A stretch of 64,000 bases of DNA, taken from Eledone cirrhosa (Eukaryota). The translations under genes and the position numbers were made by a program. Location: positions 25,916,001 to 25,980,000 of the forward strand of contig OZ024758.1 in assembly GCA_964016885.1 (NCBI GenBank). The letters are read 5' to 3'. The notes under the pieces are model-generated. The model was not told the DNA's origin. It worked only from the letters and a program-made list of their open reading frames with translations, and did not search any database. Below, one piece after another: positions 1-11,900 of this stretch (position 1 is its first letter; every line of letters starts with the position of its first letter).

Positions 1-40
1 CCACATCCCATCAAATCATTTTAATCATCATCATAATCAT

Positions 41-244
41 CATTTAACCCAGCCATATCTGGCCAGAATTCTCTCACCTCTTTCTGTTCAAACTGGCTGT
101 AACCAGCTGCTCATCCTGATGTTAAGGTATTGTTCTCAAAATAAATAATATCAAAATCTCATAGATTCGATATTATGTGAGGTAAAGCATTTACTGTGAA
201 AATATAATAGTATATATAGAGTAATGTAAATGCTAAAGGGTTAA
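41..244 (+). mobile_element. piggyBac-like MITE (left end truncated)
   Basis: Body is shared with about 10 copies in the window and ends aatgctaaaGGG-TTAA. Full copies begin TTAA-CCCtttagcatt, i.e. a TIR with a TTAA target. Confidence 0.7.
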
Positions 245-341
245 ATTAGATTTTCCCCTCACTATCTATCTATTTTGTTTTAAAATTGTTACATTTTTTT
301 TTGCTGGCCTTGTGCCTATATAAGAAGCAATATTAATATTG

Positions 342-500
342 CAGGCACATGGCTTAGTGGTTAGAGCATTGGCCTTGCAATCGAAAGGTTGTGAGTTCAA
401 TTCTCAGACCGGGTGATGTGTTGTTTCCTTGAGCAAGACACTTTATTTCACATTGCTCCAGTTTACTCAGCTGTAGAAATGAGATGATAGGGACCCCAGT
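342..500 (+). mobile_element. tRNA-derived SINE family A, 5' half (part of a local inverted duplication)
   Basis: A box tggcttagtgg, B box gagttcaattc, core ccttgagcaagacactttatttcacattgctccag. Nearly identical to the reverse complement of 950-1105. Confidence 0.75.
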
Positions 501-764
501 CCCTATCATCTCATTTCTATTCAAATTAGATTTTCCCCTCACTATCTATCAATTTTGTTTTAAAATTGTTACATTTTTTTTTCATGTTACAATTTCTGGA
601 AGCTTCTGTTAACTCAGCAAGAGGAAACCACCTGCTTGGTAAAACAAATGTACAAATGTTGACATAATAAAGATATTTTAAGTAACAGAATTAGTAAAAA
701 CCAAAAAGTGAGTTACGTGACAGATGCAATAAATTAACACTTTAATATTCTACAAAATGGTAAT

Positions 765-1105
765 CATTTCATCATCATTTCATTTTACGTCCGCTTTTTC
801 CCTGTTTGCAAGGGTGGCACGGGAACTGATTCTGGCTTGATTTCTACAGCTGGATGCCCTTCCTAACACCAACCTCATTTACAGTGAGTGCTGGGTGCTT
901 TTTTTGCTGTGGCACCTCCACGACCACTTTGCAGTGGAATGACAGGGACCCCAGTCCCTATCATCTCATTTCTACAGCTGAATAAACTGGAGCAATGTGA
1001 AATAAAGTGTCTTGCTGAAGGAAACAACACATCACCCGGTCTGAGAATTGAACTCACAACCTTTCGATTGCAAGGCCAATGCTCTAGCCACTAAGCCATG
1101 TGCCT
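765..1105 (-). mobile_element. tRNA-derived SINE family A, full length with RTE-like tail and (ATG)n end
   Basis: Pol III A/B boxes at the head, internal hairpin gatagggac..gtccctatc, tail gttggtgttaggaagggcatccagctgtagaaa...ggacgtaaaatgaaatgatgatg. Near-identical copies at 5463, 36453 and 38594. Confidence 0.8.
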
Positions 1106-1124
1106 GCAATATTAATATTGCTTC

Positions 1125-1335
1125 TTATATAGGCACAAGGCCAGCAATTTTGGGGGAGGGGAAAGTCGATTAAATTGACCCTAGTGCGTGACTGGTACTT
1201 TATTTTATCAACCCCATAAGGATGAAAGGCAAAGTTAACCTCGGCAGGATTTGAACTCAGATCATAAAGGACCGTAACTCTATGCTGCAAAGCATGGCGT
1301 CCGGCCCTCTACCGGTACTGCCAATCCACCGCCCT
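1125..1335 (-). mobile_element. tRNA-derived SINE family B
   Basis: Head ggcggtggattggcagta..cggtagag, B box gagttcaaatcc, central gaggttaactttgcctttcatcc..gataaaataaagtaccag, tail gctggccttgtgcc. Many copies in the window. Confidence 0.75.
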
Positions 1336-1424
1336 AAACCTCCAGTATTAATATTAACAGATATAATGGTTCCAATGAGGTTAAATGATCTCTTGAATTT
1401 TATTTATTATTAGTTTACATTCAA

Positions 1425-1645
1425 GGGCAGGGGATTTGCACAATCGGTAGAGCGTCGGACACCGTGCTTTGCAGCATAGAGCTGTGGCCCTTTACGTTCC
1501 GAGTTCAAATCACTCCAAGGTTAGCTTTGCCTTTCGTGCTTACATGGTTGATAAAATAAAGTACCAGTAATGCACTGGGGTCAATTTAATCAAGTTTCTC
1601 CTCCCTTAAAATTGTTGGCATTGTGCCTAAATCTGAAACAATTGT
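1425..1645 (+). mobile_element. tRNA-derived SINE family B
   Basis: Same motifs as 1125-1335 in the opposite orientation. Flanked by a duplicated tagtttacattca (about 1411 and 1646), consistent with a TSD. Confidence 0.75.
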
Positions 1646-1720
1646 TAGTTTACATTCAGATTATATAATGTTGTTTAGTTCAAATTGGTGTTAAATATTT
1701 TTTTTATGTGATCATTATTA

Positions 1721-1917
1721 CTGTATATATTCAAATATAAGCCAAAGAATATGTAACAAAAAATTTATGGGGTCAGTAGAATGGGGTCGGCTTATATTTT
1801 GGGTCAATATTTTTCACAATTTTCACCAACTTCAAATTCTATGTAAATAAGGTTTGGATTTTTGCCCATTTCTTAGACATAAGATAGTGAGGTTTACTTA
1901 TATTTGAGTGTATATGG
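1721..1917. mobile_element. Tc1/mariner(pogo)-like MITE
   Basis: TA-flanked imperfect TIRs ctgtatatattcaaatataag and cttatatttgagtgtatatgg. Confidence 0.55.
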
Positions 1918-1993
1918 TAAGTTTTTTTTTCCCCAATGCTTATATTGCTGGTGAGAGGGGCTTTATTTATATTGTTCAGTTTCTGTGTATCAT

Positions 1994-2193
1994 ATAACCC
2001 TTTAGCATTTAAACCGGCTGTATCCAGTCAGAATTCGCTCACCTCTTTCTGTTCAAACTGGCTGCTCATACTATAACTAGGGTGGGGGTCATTTCAGGTA
2101 GTTTTGTATAATAGAACTGGGGGGGTCGTTTCAGGTAGTTTTATATAATAGAACTTGGGGTTGTTTCAGGTAGTTTTATATCAAAAGGGTTAA
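1994..2193 (+). mobile_element. piggyBac-like MITE variant with an internal ~37-bp triplication
   Basis: ccctttagcattt...aaaagggTTAA ends, with three copies of ggggtc-tttcaggtagttttatataatagaact inside. Confidence 0.55.
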
Positions 2194-2659
2194 TAGGAGG
2201 AATTGCTGTAAAATAACTATTTCAATGAACCTTATATTTTCCTCAAATTCATTTTCTGTTCATGTATTCTCACCAAATATCTACTCTAGACTAGTTTCTA
2301 TGCATGCGGGGAATGTGATGGACAAAGTCTATCTTTTGTGGAATAACATTCACAAAAGAACTCTTTATATTAACTGACTGGAAAAATATTATGTTGCTCT
2401 GTTTTCATATCATGTAGATAACAATAACAAACATTTAAGATAAAAAAAATAAGCTGTTTAAACTGCCATTTCTTACTTTTGTATAATTATGCAAGGCCTA
2501 AGGCTTTTGTCATAATTCATATAAGTTGATAATAGTATTAACTCTATAGCAATTTATCTAAAGTCTGTTTCTAGCCTGGAGGCTCATCAGTCCAGTGTTT
2601 ATCCTGGTTTCTGTGGAGTTAAGCAACTGAGAGAACAAGACTCCCCCATATAGCGATGA

Positions 2660-3305
2660 GATTAATACATGCAAGATTTTACAGCTCTAACATCACTCCT
2701 TCATAGCCAGCCTATGAACTTTTCAACCAACCCTTGTATAATAAGAGGAGTTGAAATTAATGCATGCAAGATTTCACAGCTCTAGCATCATCCCCAGCCT
2801 ATGAACTTTTCAACCAACCCTTGTATAATAAGAGGAGTTGAAATTAATGCATGCAAGATTTCACAGCTCTTGCATTGCTAATTCATAGCCAGCCTATGAA
2901 CTTTTCAACCAACCCTTGTATAATGATAAGAAGAGTTGAAATTAATGCATGCAAGATTTCACAGCCCTAACATCACTCCTTCATTGTCAGCCTATGAACT
3001 TTTCAACCTACTCTTGTATAATGATAAGAAGAGTTGAAATTAATGCATGCAAGATTTCACAGCTCTAGTATCTGTCCTTCGTAGCCAACCTAAGAACTTT
3101 TCAACCTACCCTTGTATAATGATAAGAAGAGTTGAAATTAATGCATGCAAGATTTCACAGCTCTAGCATCACTCCTTCATTGTCAGCCTATGAACTTTTC
3201 AACCTACTCTTGTATAATGATAAGAAGAGTTGAAATTAATGCATGCAAGATTTCACAGCTCTAGCATCACTCCTTCATAGCCAGCCTATGAACTCTTCAG
3301 CCGAC
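2660..3305. repeat. ~98-bp minisatellite, ~7 copies
   Basis: Unit ataagaagagttgaaattaatgcatgcaagatttcacagctctagcatcactccttcatagccagcctatgaacttttcaaccaacccttgtataatg. It follows a SINE-like fragment at 2575-2660. Confidence 0.9.
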
Positions 3306-3461
3306 CCTCGAATATTCCCCCAAGATATCACAGCATAAAAACCTAAGCCAGACCTTTTAATAATATTGCCAGAATCTTTTTTAGCAATCATATTTTTTTT
3401 CTCATAACATATGTATACAAGGAGACGGCATATTGGCAGAGTTAAAAGACATCAGATAGAA

Positions 3462-4670
3462 TCATCATCATCATCATCATCATCACCGTTTTACGTCCGT
3501 TCTTCCACGCTAGCATGGGTTAGACGGGTTGTCCTGTTGTGGGCAGTGTCTGGTCGGCTGACCATGCCTTGCTCATACAGGAACTGATTTGGCTTGATTT
3601 CTACAGCTGGATGCCCTTCCTAACACCAACCTCATTTACAGTGAGTGCTGGGTGCTTTTTCGTGGCGCCTACACGTTCACTTTACAGTGTGGGCTGGGTG
3701 CTTTTTCGTGGCGCCTACACGTCCACTTTACAGTGTGGGCTGGGTGCTTTTTCGTGGCGCCTACACGTCCACTTTACAGTGTGGGCTGGGTGCTTTTTCG
3801 TGGCGCCTACACGTCCACTTTACAGTGTAGGCTGGGTGCTTTTTCGTGGCGCCTACACGTCCACTTTACAGTGTGGGCTGGGTGCTTTTTCGTGGCGCCT
3901 ACACGTCCACTTTACAGTGTAGGCTGGGTGCTTTTTCGTGGCGCCTACACGTTCACTTTACAGTGTGGGCTGGGTGCTTTTTCGTGGCGCCTACACGTCC
4001 ACTTTACAGTGTGGGCTGGGTGCTTTTTCGTGGCGCCTACACGTCCACTTTACAGTGTGGGCTGGGTGCTTTTTCGTGGCGCCTACACGTCCACTTTACA
4101 GTGTAGGCTGGGTGCTTTTTCGTGGCGCCTACACGTCCACTTTACAGTGTGGGCTGGGTGCTTTTTCGTGGCGCCTACACGTCCACTTTACAGTGTAGGC
4201 TGGGTGCTTTTTCGTGGCGCCTACACGTCCACTTTACAGTGTGGGCTGGGTGCTTTTTCGTGGCGCCTACACGTCCACTTTACAGTGTAGGCTGGGTGCT
4301 TTTTCGTGGCGCCTACACGTTCACTTTACAGTGTGGGCTGGGTGCTTTTTCGTGGCGCCTACACGTCCACTTTACAGTGTGGGCTGGGTGCTTTTTCGTG
4401 GCGCCTACACGTCCACTTTACAGTGTGGGCTGGGTGCTTTTTCGTGGCGCCTACACGTCCACTTTACAGTGTAGGCTGGGTGCTTTTTCGTGGCGCCTAC
4501 ACGTCCACTTTACAGTGTGGGCTGGGTGCTTTTTCGTGGCGCCTACACGTCCACTTTACAGTGTAGGCTGGGTGCTTTTTCGTGGCGCCTACACGTCCAC
4601 TTTACAGTGTAGGCTGGGTGCTTTTTTGCCGTGGCACCTCCACGACCACCTTGCAGTGGGGGGTGTGGGG
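3462..4670 (-). mobile_element. RTE-LINE/SINE 3' tail copy hosting an internal minisatellite
   Basis: (CAT)n at 3462-3485, then sequence matching 37810-37990, and the element resumes after the array (gtggcacctccacgaccac). Confidence 0.7.
3635..4640. repeat. 46-bp minisatellite, ~21 copies
   Basis: Unit tttacagtgtgggctgggtgctttttcgtggcgcctacacgtccac, nearly perfect. It explains the ORFs at 3539-4808. Confidence 0.95.
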
Positions 4671-5462
4671 GCATATTGTCTATATGCTTCAGCTTGTACC
4701 CATGGGAGGTTGGGTACTCTGTATTACTGCGTGACGCAGAATGCTTTACGGAATTCTTTTATCAACCTCAAAAGGGTGAAAGGCAAAGTTTACTATGGTG
4801 GAATTTGAACTCAAAGTGCAGAGAGCCAGAACGAATATCAAAGCATTCTATCGAAGGCTCAGTCAAATTGCTACCTTATATATCAATGTTTAGGCAGCAA
4901 ATTGGCAGAGTTAAAAGACATCGGATAGAATGTTTTACGGTATACGTCCCACCTCATTGCAGACTCTGAGTTCAAATCTCACCCCCCGGGGGTCAACTTT
5001 TCCTTTCATCCTTTTTCAAGGTTAATAAAAAAAAAAGTACCAGTCCAGTACTGGAGTCATTCTTCCTCTAAAAAAAAAAATCGGCTGTGTTTAGACCTGG
5101 AGAGGGTTGGGCTCTGCCAGGTTTAAAAGTGCCCAAGACCCACTGTATGACGGTGCCTCTACAATTCCACAAGGAGTTATGGGATCTTTATGTATTATCT
5201 ATATACAAGATTCTTGTTATGTAATAAACTAACTTTTTATTACTTTTTTTTGTTTCTGTTTTGGCATATCCAAATATTTATGGTGCTTTAGGAATTTGTC
5301 TAACGATATACTGACAGTAATCAATAGAATTATTTCTGGTTATAAGAACCATGTTCTTTAAGATATAATCTTTGGTATTTCTATATTACAGTTTATCCTG
5401 CACATCACTCAAAAGGTTAATCTGATAATTTGGTTAAATATCTTCCTTACAAGTCTGTCATT

Positions 5463-5807
5463 ATCATCATCATCATCATCATCATTTTACGTCCGCTTTT
5501 CCCTGCTTGTAAGGGTGGGACGAGAACTAATTCTGGCTTGATTTCTACAGCTGCATGCCCTTCCTAACACCAACCTCATTTACAGTGAGTGGTGGGTGCT
5601 TTTTTGCCGTGGCACCTCCACGACCACTTTGCAGTGGAATGATATGGACCCCAGTCCCTATCATCTCATTTCTACAGCTGAGTAAACTGGAGCAATGTGA
5701 AATAAAGTGTCTTGCTGAAGGAAACAACACATCACCCGGTCTGAGAATTGAACTCACAACCTTTCGATTGCAAGGCCAATGCTCTAACCACTAAGCCATG
5801 TGCCTCC
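5463..5807 (-). mobile_element. tRNA-derived SINE family A, full length
   Basis: Near-identical to 765-1105, running from the (CAT)n tail to the catgtgcctcc head. Confidence 0.8.
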
Positions 5808-6232
5808 ACTGTACTCTTACAAATTCATATGGCACTAACATAAGTGGTTTCCAGTATTCCAATAGTCACATAACTGATTCTTTTCTTAACTGTATCATTA
5901 CAGGTGATGAAGATTGCATCTTACTTACCATATATACTTGAATATACATCGAGGAATATGTGACCCCCCCCCCCCCCCCAAAAAAAAAGATCGATGGTAA
6001 AATGGGAATAGGGGCTGGATTCTATATGCCTTCTAAACCAGAGGTCTTCAAAGTGCGTGCTACAGCCCCCAGGGGTGCGTTGAGAAAGTCTAGGTGGTCC
6101 TAAAGGGGTGGTTGGGGTGGCGGTATAGTTGATATAATAGTATATTAAATATTAAATAATACATATTATATATAAATATAGTAAAATAAAAAATATATAT
6201 TTATTTATGCATAGTATATATTATATTATTTA

Positions 6233-7181
6233 CTAGCAGTAAAGCCCGGCGTTGCTCGGGGTCGCTCAGTAGCTGTGTTAAAGTTTCAATGTTAAGTTTC
6301 TTTCTTGGCTTAAAAACTGTAGTGTCTACTGTGCAGACTTGCATGTGGTGTTTTTGATTAATATTCCCTCAACCAACAATATGCCTTATGAAGTTAAGAA
6401 AACATAACGATAACCCGAATGTTATAACAAAAGAGGATGCTGGGGATAGAAACTGCACTGGTTATTTATTAACAAAGATCGAAAATGTAAACACTGCAAC
6501 GCAGAGAAAAACATTAGCGTAACCAAATTATCAGTTATGTCTGTCTGCACGCCTATATCACCTCTCTGCACGACTGTCTGTCTGCACGCCTATATCACCT
6601 CTCTGCACGACTGTCTGTCTGCACGCCTATATCACCTCTCTGCACGACTGTCTGTCTGCACGCGTATATCACCTCTCTGCACGACTGTCTGTCTGCACGA
6701 CTGTCTGTCTGCACGCCTAACGACGAAATATTTGCTTGTTTTACGTAGTCTTTAAATAGACTTGTTTTCAAGTAAAAATATTGTTTTAAAATGCTTTTAA
6801 ATGGAAATGAAGCAAAACGGAAGCTTAGTGTTCGAACTGATGAATTTTGCAGGTCAATATTTTGCTGGCTCGACAACTGTTCGTGTATTGTGTTAATGTC
6901 ATTTTAAACGCTGAGAAAGCCAGCGTAATTTTTTACGTAAGACGCTCAATGTAAACAGAACAAAGGGAAATAACTGATAACTTACGCTCAAAAATGGATA
7001 CATTATATTCGATTTCGTCACATAGGGCGGGTCAATTTGAAATTTTTTTTTTTCCGATGTCTTCGCTAGGGCTCAATGTACAAGTATAGCAATTTCGGTG
7101 CAATTCCGTGAGAGATTCTAAGAGGAGATGTGTGCCAAAAATCGATAGACAGACAGACAACCACAGTTTTATATATATAGA
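6233..7181 (-). mobile_element. Non-autonomous Helitron, copy 1 (contains a 37-bp minisatellite at 6537-6719)
   Basis: On the minus strand it starts A|TCtatatatataaaa and ends with the GC hairpin cccgagcaacgccggg followed by CTAG|T. There is no TSD. Confidence 0.8.
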
Positions 7182-7215
7182 TTATATATAAATAAACAAT
7201 TTTATTTATTATATA

Positions 7216-7741
7216 CTAGCAGTAAAGCCCGGCGTTGCTCGGGGTCGCTCAGTAGCTGTGTTAAAGTTACAATGTTAAGTTTCTTTTTTGGCTTAAAAAC
7301 TGTAGTATCTACTGTGCAGACTTGCATGTGGTGTTTTTGATTAATATTCCCTCAACCAACAATATGCCTTATGAAGTTAAGAAAACATAACGATAACCCG
7401 AATGTTATAACAAAAGAGGATGTTGGGGATAAAAACTGCACTGGTTATTTATTAACAAAGATCGAAAATGTAAACACTGCAACGCAGAGAAAAACAACGT
7501 AAGACGCTCAATGTAAACAGAACAAAGGGAAATAACTGATAACTTACGCTCAAAAATCGATACATTATATTCGATTTCGTCACATAGGGTGGGTCAATTT
7601 GAAATATTTTTTTCCGATGTCTTCGCTAGGGCTCAATGTACAAGTATAGCAATTTCGGTGCAATTCCGTGAGAGATTCTAAGAGGAGATGTGTGCCAAAA
7701 ATCGATAGACAGACAGACAACCACAGTTTTATATATATAGA
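7216..7741 (-). mobile_element. Non-autonomous Helitron, copy 2 (internal ~420-bp deletion)
   Basis: Same termini as copy 1 and near-identical sequence, lacking about 6514-6935. Confidence 0.8.
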
Positions 7742-7833
7742 TTATTTACAATTTTCATGTTGGCAGGTCTCTCTGGAAATGGGGGGGGGGTGCTGAGAGT
7801 ATTACATTGTCATGAGAGGGGGGTTGGGGGGAG

Positions 7834-8261
7834 CCTTTAGCATTTAAACTAGCCATATCTGGCCAGAAATGTCTCACCTCTTTCTGTTCAAACCAGTTGA
7901 AACTGGCCGTTTATACTGATGTTGATGTATTGTTCTCAAAATAAATAATATCAAAATCTCATAGATTCGATATTATGTGCGATAATTATGTAAGATAAAG
8001 GGTTTACTACAAAAATACAATAGTATATATAGAGTAATGTGAATGCTAAAGGGTTAAACTGACCATATCTGGCCAGAATTCTCTCACCTCTTTCTGTTCA
8101 AAACAGGTTTAACTGGCCACTCATACTGATGTTAAGGTATTGTTCTCAAAATAAATAACATCAAAATCTTGTAGATTCGATATTATGCAAGATAATTATG
8201 TGAGATACCACAAAAAATACAGTAGTATATATATAGAGTTATGTAAATGCTAAAGGTTTAA
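7834..8261 (+). mobile_element. Two tandem piggyBac-like MITEs
   Basis: The MITE body is repeated head-to-tail with the junction at gggTTAA 8051-8057. Confidence 0.7.
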
Positions 8262-8762
8262 CACAAGTAAAGACATTCAATTATAACAAATAAATAGTTT
8301 ATATATTAACAACTGTAATAATAATGAAAATCTGACAAACTTTTTTGTTATGGATTGGTCATTAATTCTTAACATCCTGTAATGATTTAGGAGAAAATAT
8401 CTAAAAACTGGTTTGTTAATTCAAATGTTTGTTATATCTTTACTAGTAAAAAGATCATTGTGAAAATGTTCAGCAAACTAAAGTAAAGACTTTAATTTTT
8501 TAATATGATGCAGTCATAATGTTGCATTGTACTTTTCAAGATTGCCTTGCTAATACAGTACAAAATGTTAAGAGTTAATTAGCAGTGTTGACCTGATTAC
8601 TGGCAGCATTTGTTAATTAAAGTTGTATTGTGTTTTCTCATGAACACATTTCTTCTGTACAAAGGCTTATTCAAATAGGAAGTTAGGTTATTCTTTCTTT
8701 AACACTTGAAAACGCGCTCATCAAATGATCTGTTACTTCTGTATACAACAAAATATTTCTTA

Positions 8763-8935
8763 TCATCATCACGATTATCATCATCATCATCATCATCATC
8801 ATGACCATTTAACATTTGTTTTCCATGCTAGCGTGGTTAGATGGGTTGTGATGTTTTAAGGCTAAACAGATCGCGTGACCATGGCTTAGTTTCTACAACT
8901 GGATGCCCTTCCTAATACCAACCACTTTACAGCAT
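8763..8935 (-). mobile_element. RTE-LINE/SINE 3' tail (host of the 61-bp satellite)
   Basis: (CAT)n, ttccatgctagcgtggttagatggg, then tttctacaactggatgcccttcctaataccaaccactttacag running directly into the satellite. Confidence 0.7.
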
Positions 8936-11900
8936 GGTTTCTATAGCTGGATACTTTTCCTAATACCAACCACTTTACAACATGTACTGGAAGCATGGTT
9001 TCTATGGCTAGATACCATTCCTAATACCAACCACTTTACAACATGTACTGGAAGCATGGTTTCTATGGCTAGATACCATTCCTAATGCTAACCACTTTAC
9101 AACATGTACTGGAAGCATGGTTTCTATGGCTAGATACCATTCCTAATGCCAACCACTTTACAACATGTACTGGAAGCATGGTTTCTATGGCTAGATACCA
9201 TTCCTAATACCAACCACTTTACAACATGTACTGGAAGCATGGTTTCTATGGCTAGATACCATTCCTAATGCCAACCACTTTACAACATGTACTGGAAGCA
9301 TGGTTTCTATGGCTAGATACCATTCCTAATACCAACCACTTTACAACATGTACTGGAAGCATGGTTTCTATGGCTAGATACCATTCCTAATACCAACCAC
9401 TTTACAACATGTACTGGAAGCATGGTTTCTATGGTTAGATACCATTCCTAATACCAACCACTTTACAACATGTACTGGAAGCATGGTTTCTATGGCTAGA
9501 TACCATTCCTAATACCAACCACTTTACAACATGTACTGGAAGCATGGTTTCTATGGCTAGATACCATTCCTAATGCCAACCACTTTACAACATGTACTGG
9601 AAGCATGGTTTCTATGGCTAGATACCATTCCTAATACCAACCACTTTACAACATGTACTGGAAGCATGGTTTCTATGGCTAGATACCATTCCTAATACCA
9701 ACCACTTTACAACATGTACTGGAAGCATGGTTTCTATGGCTAGATACCATTCCTAATACCAACCACTTTACAACATGTACTGGAAGCATGGTTTCTATGG
9801 CTAGATACCATTCCTAATACCAACCACTTTACAACATGTACTGGAAGCATGGTTTCTATGGCTAGATACCATTCCTAATACCAACCACTTTACAACATGT
9901 ACTGGAAGCATGGTTTCTATGGCTAGATACCATTCCTAATGCCAACCACTTTACAACATGTACTGGAAGCATGGTTTCTATGGCTAGATACCATTCCTAA
10001 TACCAACCACTTTACAACATGTACTGGAAGCATGGTTTCTATGGCTAGATACCATTCCTAATACCAACCACTTTACAACATGTACTGGAAGCATGGTTTC
10101 TATGGCTAGATACCATTCCTAATACCAACCACTTTACAACATGTACTGGAAGCATGGTTTCTATGGCTAGATACCATTCCTAATGTCAACCACTTTACAA
10201 CATGTACTGGAAGCATGGTTTCTATGGCTAGATACCATTCCTAATACCAACCACTTTACAACATGTACTGGAAGCATGGTTTCTATGGCTAGATACCATT
10301 CCTAATACCAACCACTTTACAACATGTACTGGAAGCATGGTTTCTATGGCTAGATACCATTCCTAATACCAACCACTTTACAACATGTACTGGAAGCATG
10401 GTTTCTATGGCTAGATACCATTCCTAATACCAACCACTTTACAACATGTACTGGAAGCATGGTTTCTATGGCTAGATACCATTCCTAATACCAACCACTT
10501 TACAACATGTACTGGAAGCATGGTTTCTATGGCTAGATACCATTCCTAATGTCAACCACTTTACAACATGTACTGGAAGCATGGTTTCTATGGCTAGATA
10601 CCATTCCTAATACCAACCACTTTACAGCATGTACTGGAAGCATGGTTTCTATGGCTAGATACCATTCCTAATACCAACCACTTTACAACATGTACTGGAA
10701 GCATGGTTTCTATGGCTAGATACCATTCCTAATACCAACCACTTTACAACATGTACTGGAAGCATGGTTTCTATGGCTAGATACCATTCCTAATACCAAC
10801 CACTTTACAGCATGTACTGGAAGCATGGTTTCTATGGCTAGATACCATTCCTAATACCAACCACTTTACAACATGTACTGGAAGCATGGTTTCTATGGCT
10901 AGATACCATTCCTAATACCAACCACTTTACAGGATGTACTGGAAGCATGGTTTCTATGGCTAGATACCATTCCTAATACCAACCACTTTACAACATGTAC
11001 TGGAAGCATGGTTTCTATGGCTAGATACCATTCCTAATACCAACCACTTTACAGCATGTACTGGAAGCATGGTTTCTATGGCTAGATACCATTCCTAATA
11101 CCAACCACTTTACAGCATGTACTGGAAGCATGGTTTCTATGGCTAGATACCATTCCTAATACCAACCACTTTACAACATGTACTGGAAGCATGGTTTCTA
11201 TGGCTAGATACCATTCCTAATACCAACCACTTTACAGCATGTACTGGAAGCATGGTTTCTATGGCTAGATACCATTCCTAATACCAACCACTTTACAGCA
11301 TGTACTGGAAGCATGGTTTCTATGGCTAGATACCATTCCTAATACCAACCACTTTACAACATGTACTGGAAGCATGGTTTCTATGGCTAGATACCATTCC
11401 TAATACCAACCACTTTACAACATGTACTGGAAGCATGGTTTCTATGGCTAGATACCATTCCTAATACCAACCACTTTACAACATGTACTGGAAGCATGGT
11501 TTCTATGGCTAGATACCATTCCTAATACCAACCACTTTACAGCATGTACTGGAAGCATGGTTTCTATGGCTAGATACCATTCCTAATACCAACCACTTTA
11601 CAACATGTACTGGAAGCATGGTTTCTATGGCTAGATACCATTCCTAATACCAACCACTTTACAGGATGTACTGGAAGCATGGTTTCTATGGCTAGATACC
11701 ATTCCTAATACCAACCACTTTACAACATGTACTGGAAGCATGGTTTCTATGGCTAGATACCATTCCTAATACCAACCACTTTACAACATGTACTGGAAGC
11801 ATGGTTTCTATGGCTAGATACCATTCCTAATACCAACCACTTTACAGCATGGTTTCTATGGCTAGATACCATTCCTAATACCAACCACTTTACAACATGT

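Noticed and set aside
354-1094. Recurrent 60-80-aa ORFs (also at 5555 and 38673) resembling a small gene family
   Set aside because: They are antisense readings of SINE family A copies.
2565-2625. Hammerhead-like CUGAUGAG...GAAAC on the minus strand
   Set aside because: Extra bases lie between stem II and GAAA, and there is no NUH cleavage triplet or stem III partner. It is more likely a SINE fragment.
3539-4808. Long ORFs up to 228 aa
   Set aside because: They are translations of the 46-bp minisatellite cycling through frames.
5880-5940. Possible EOGT 5' exon (tacag|gtgatgaag)
   Set aside because: It is acceptor-like, but there is no convincing donor or homology and it runs into a MITE fragment.
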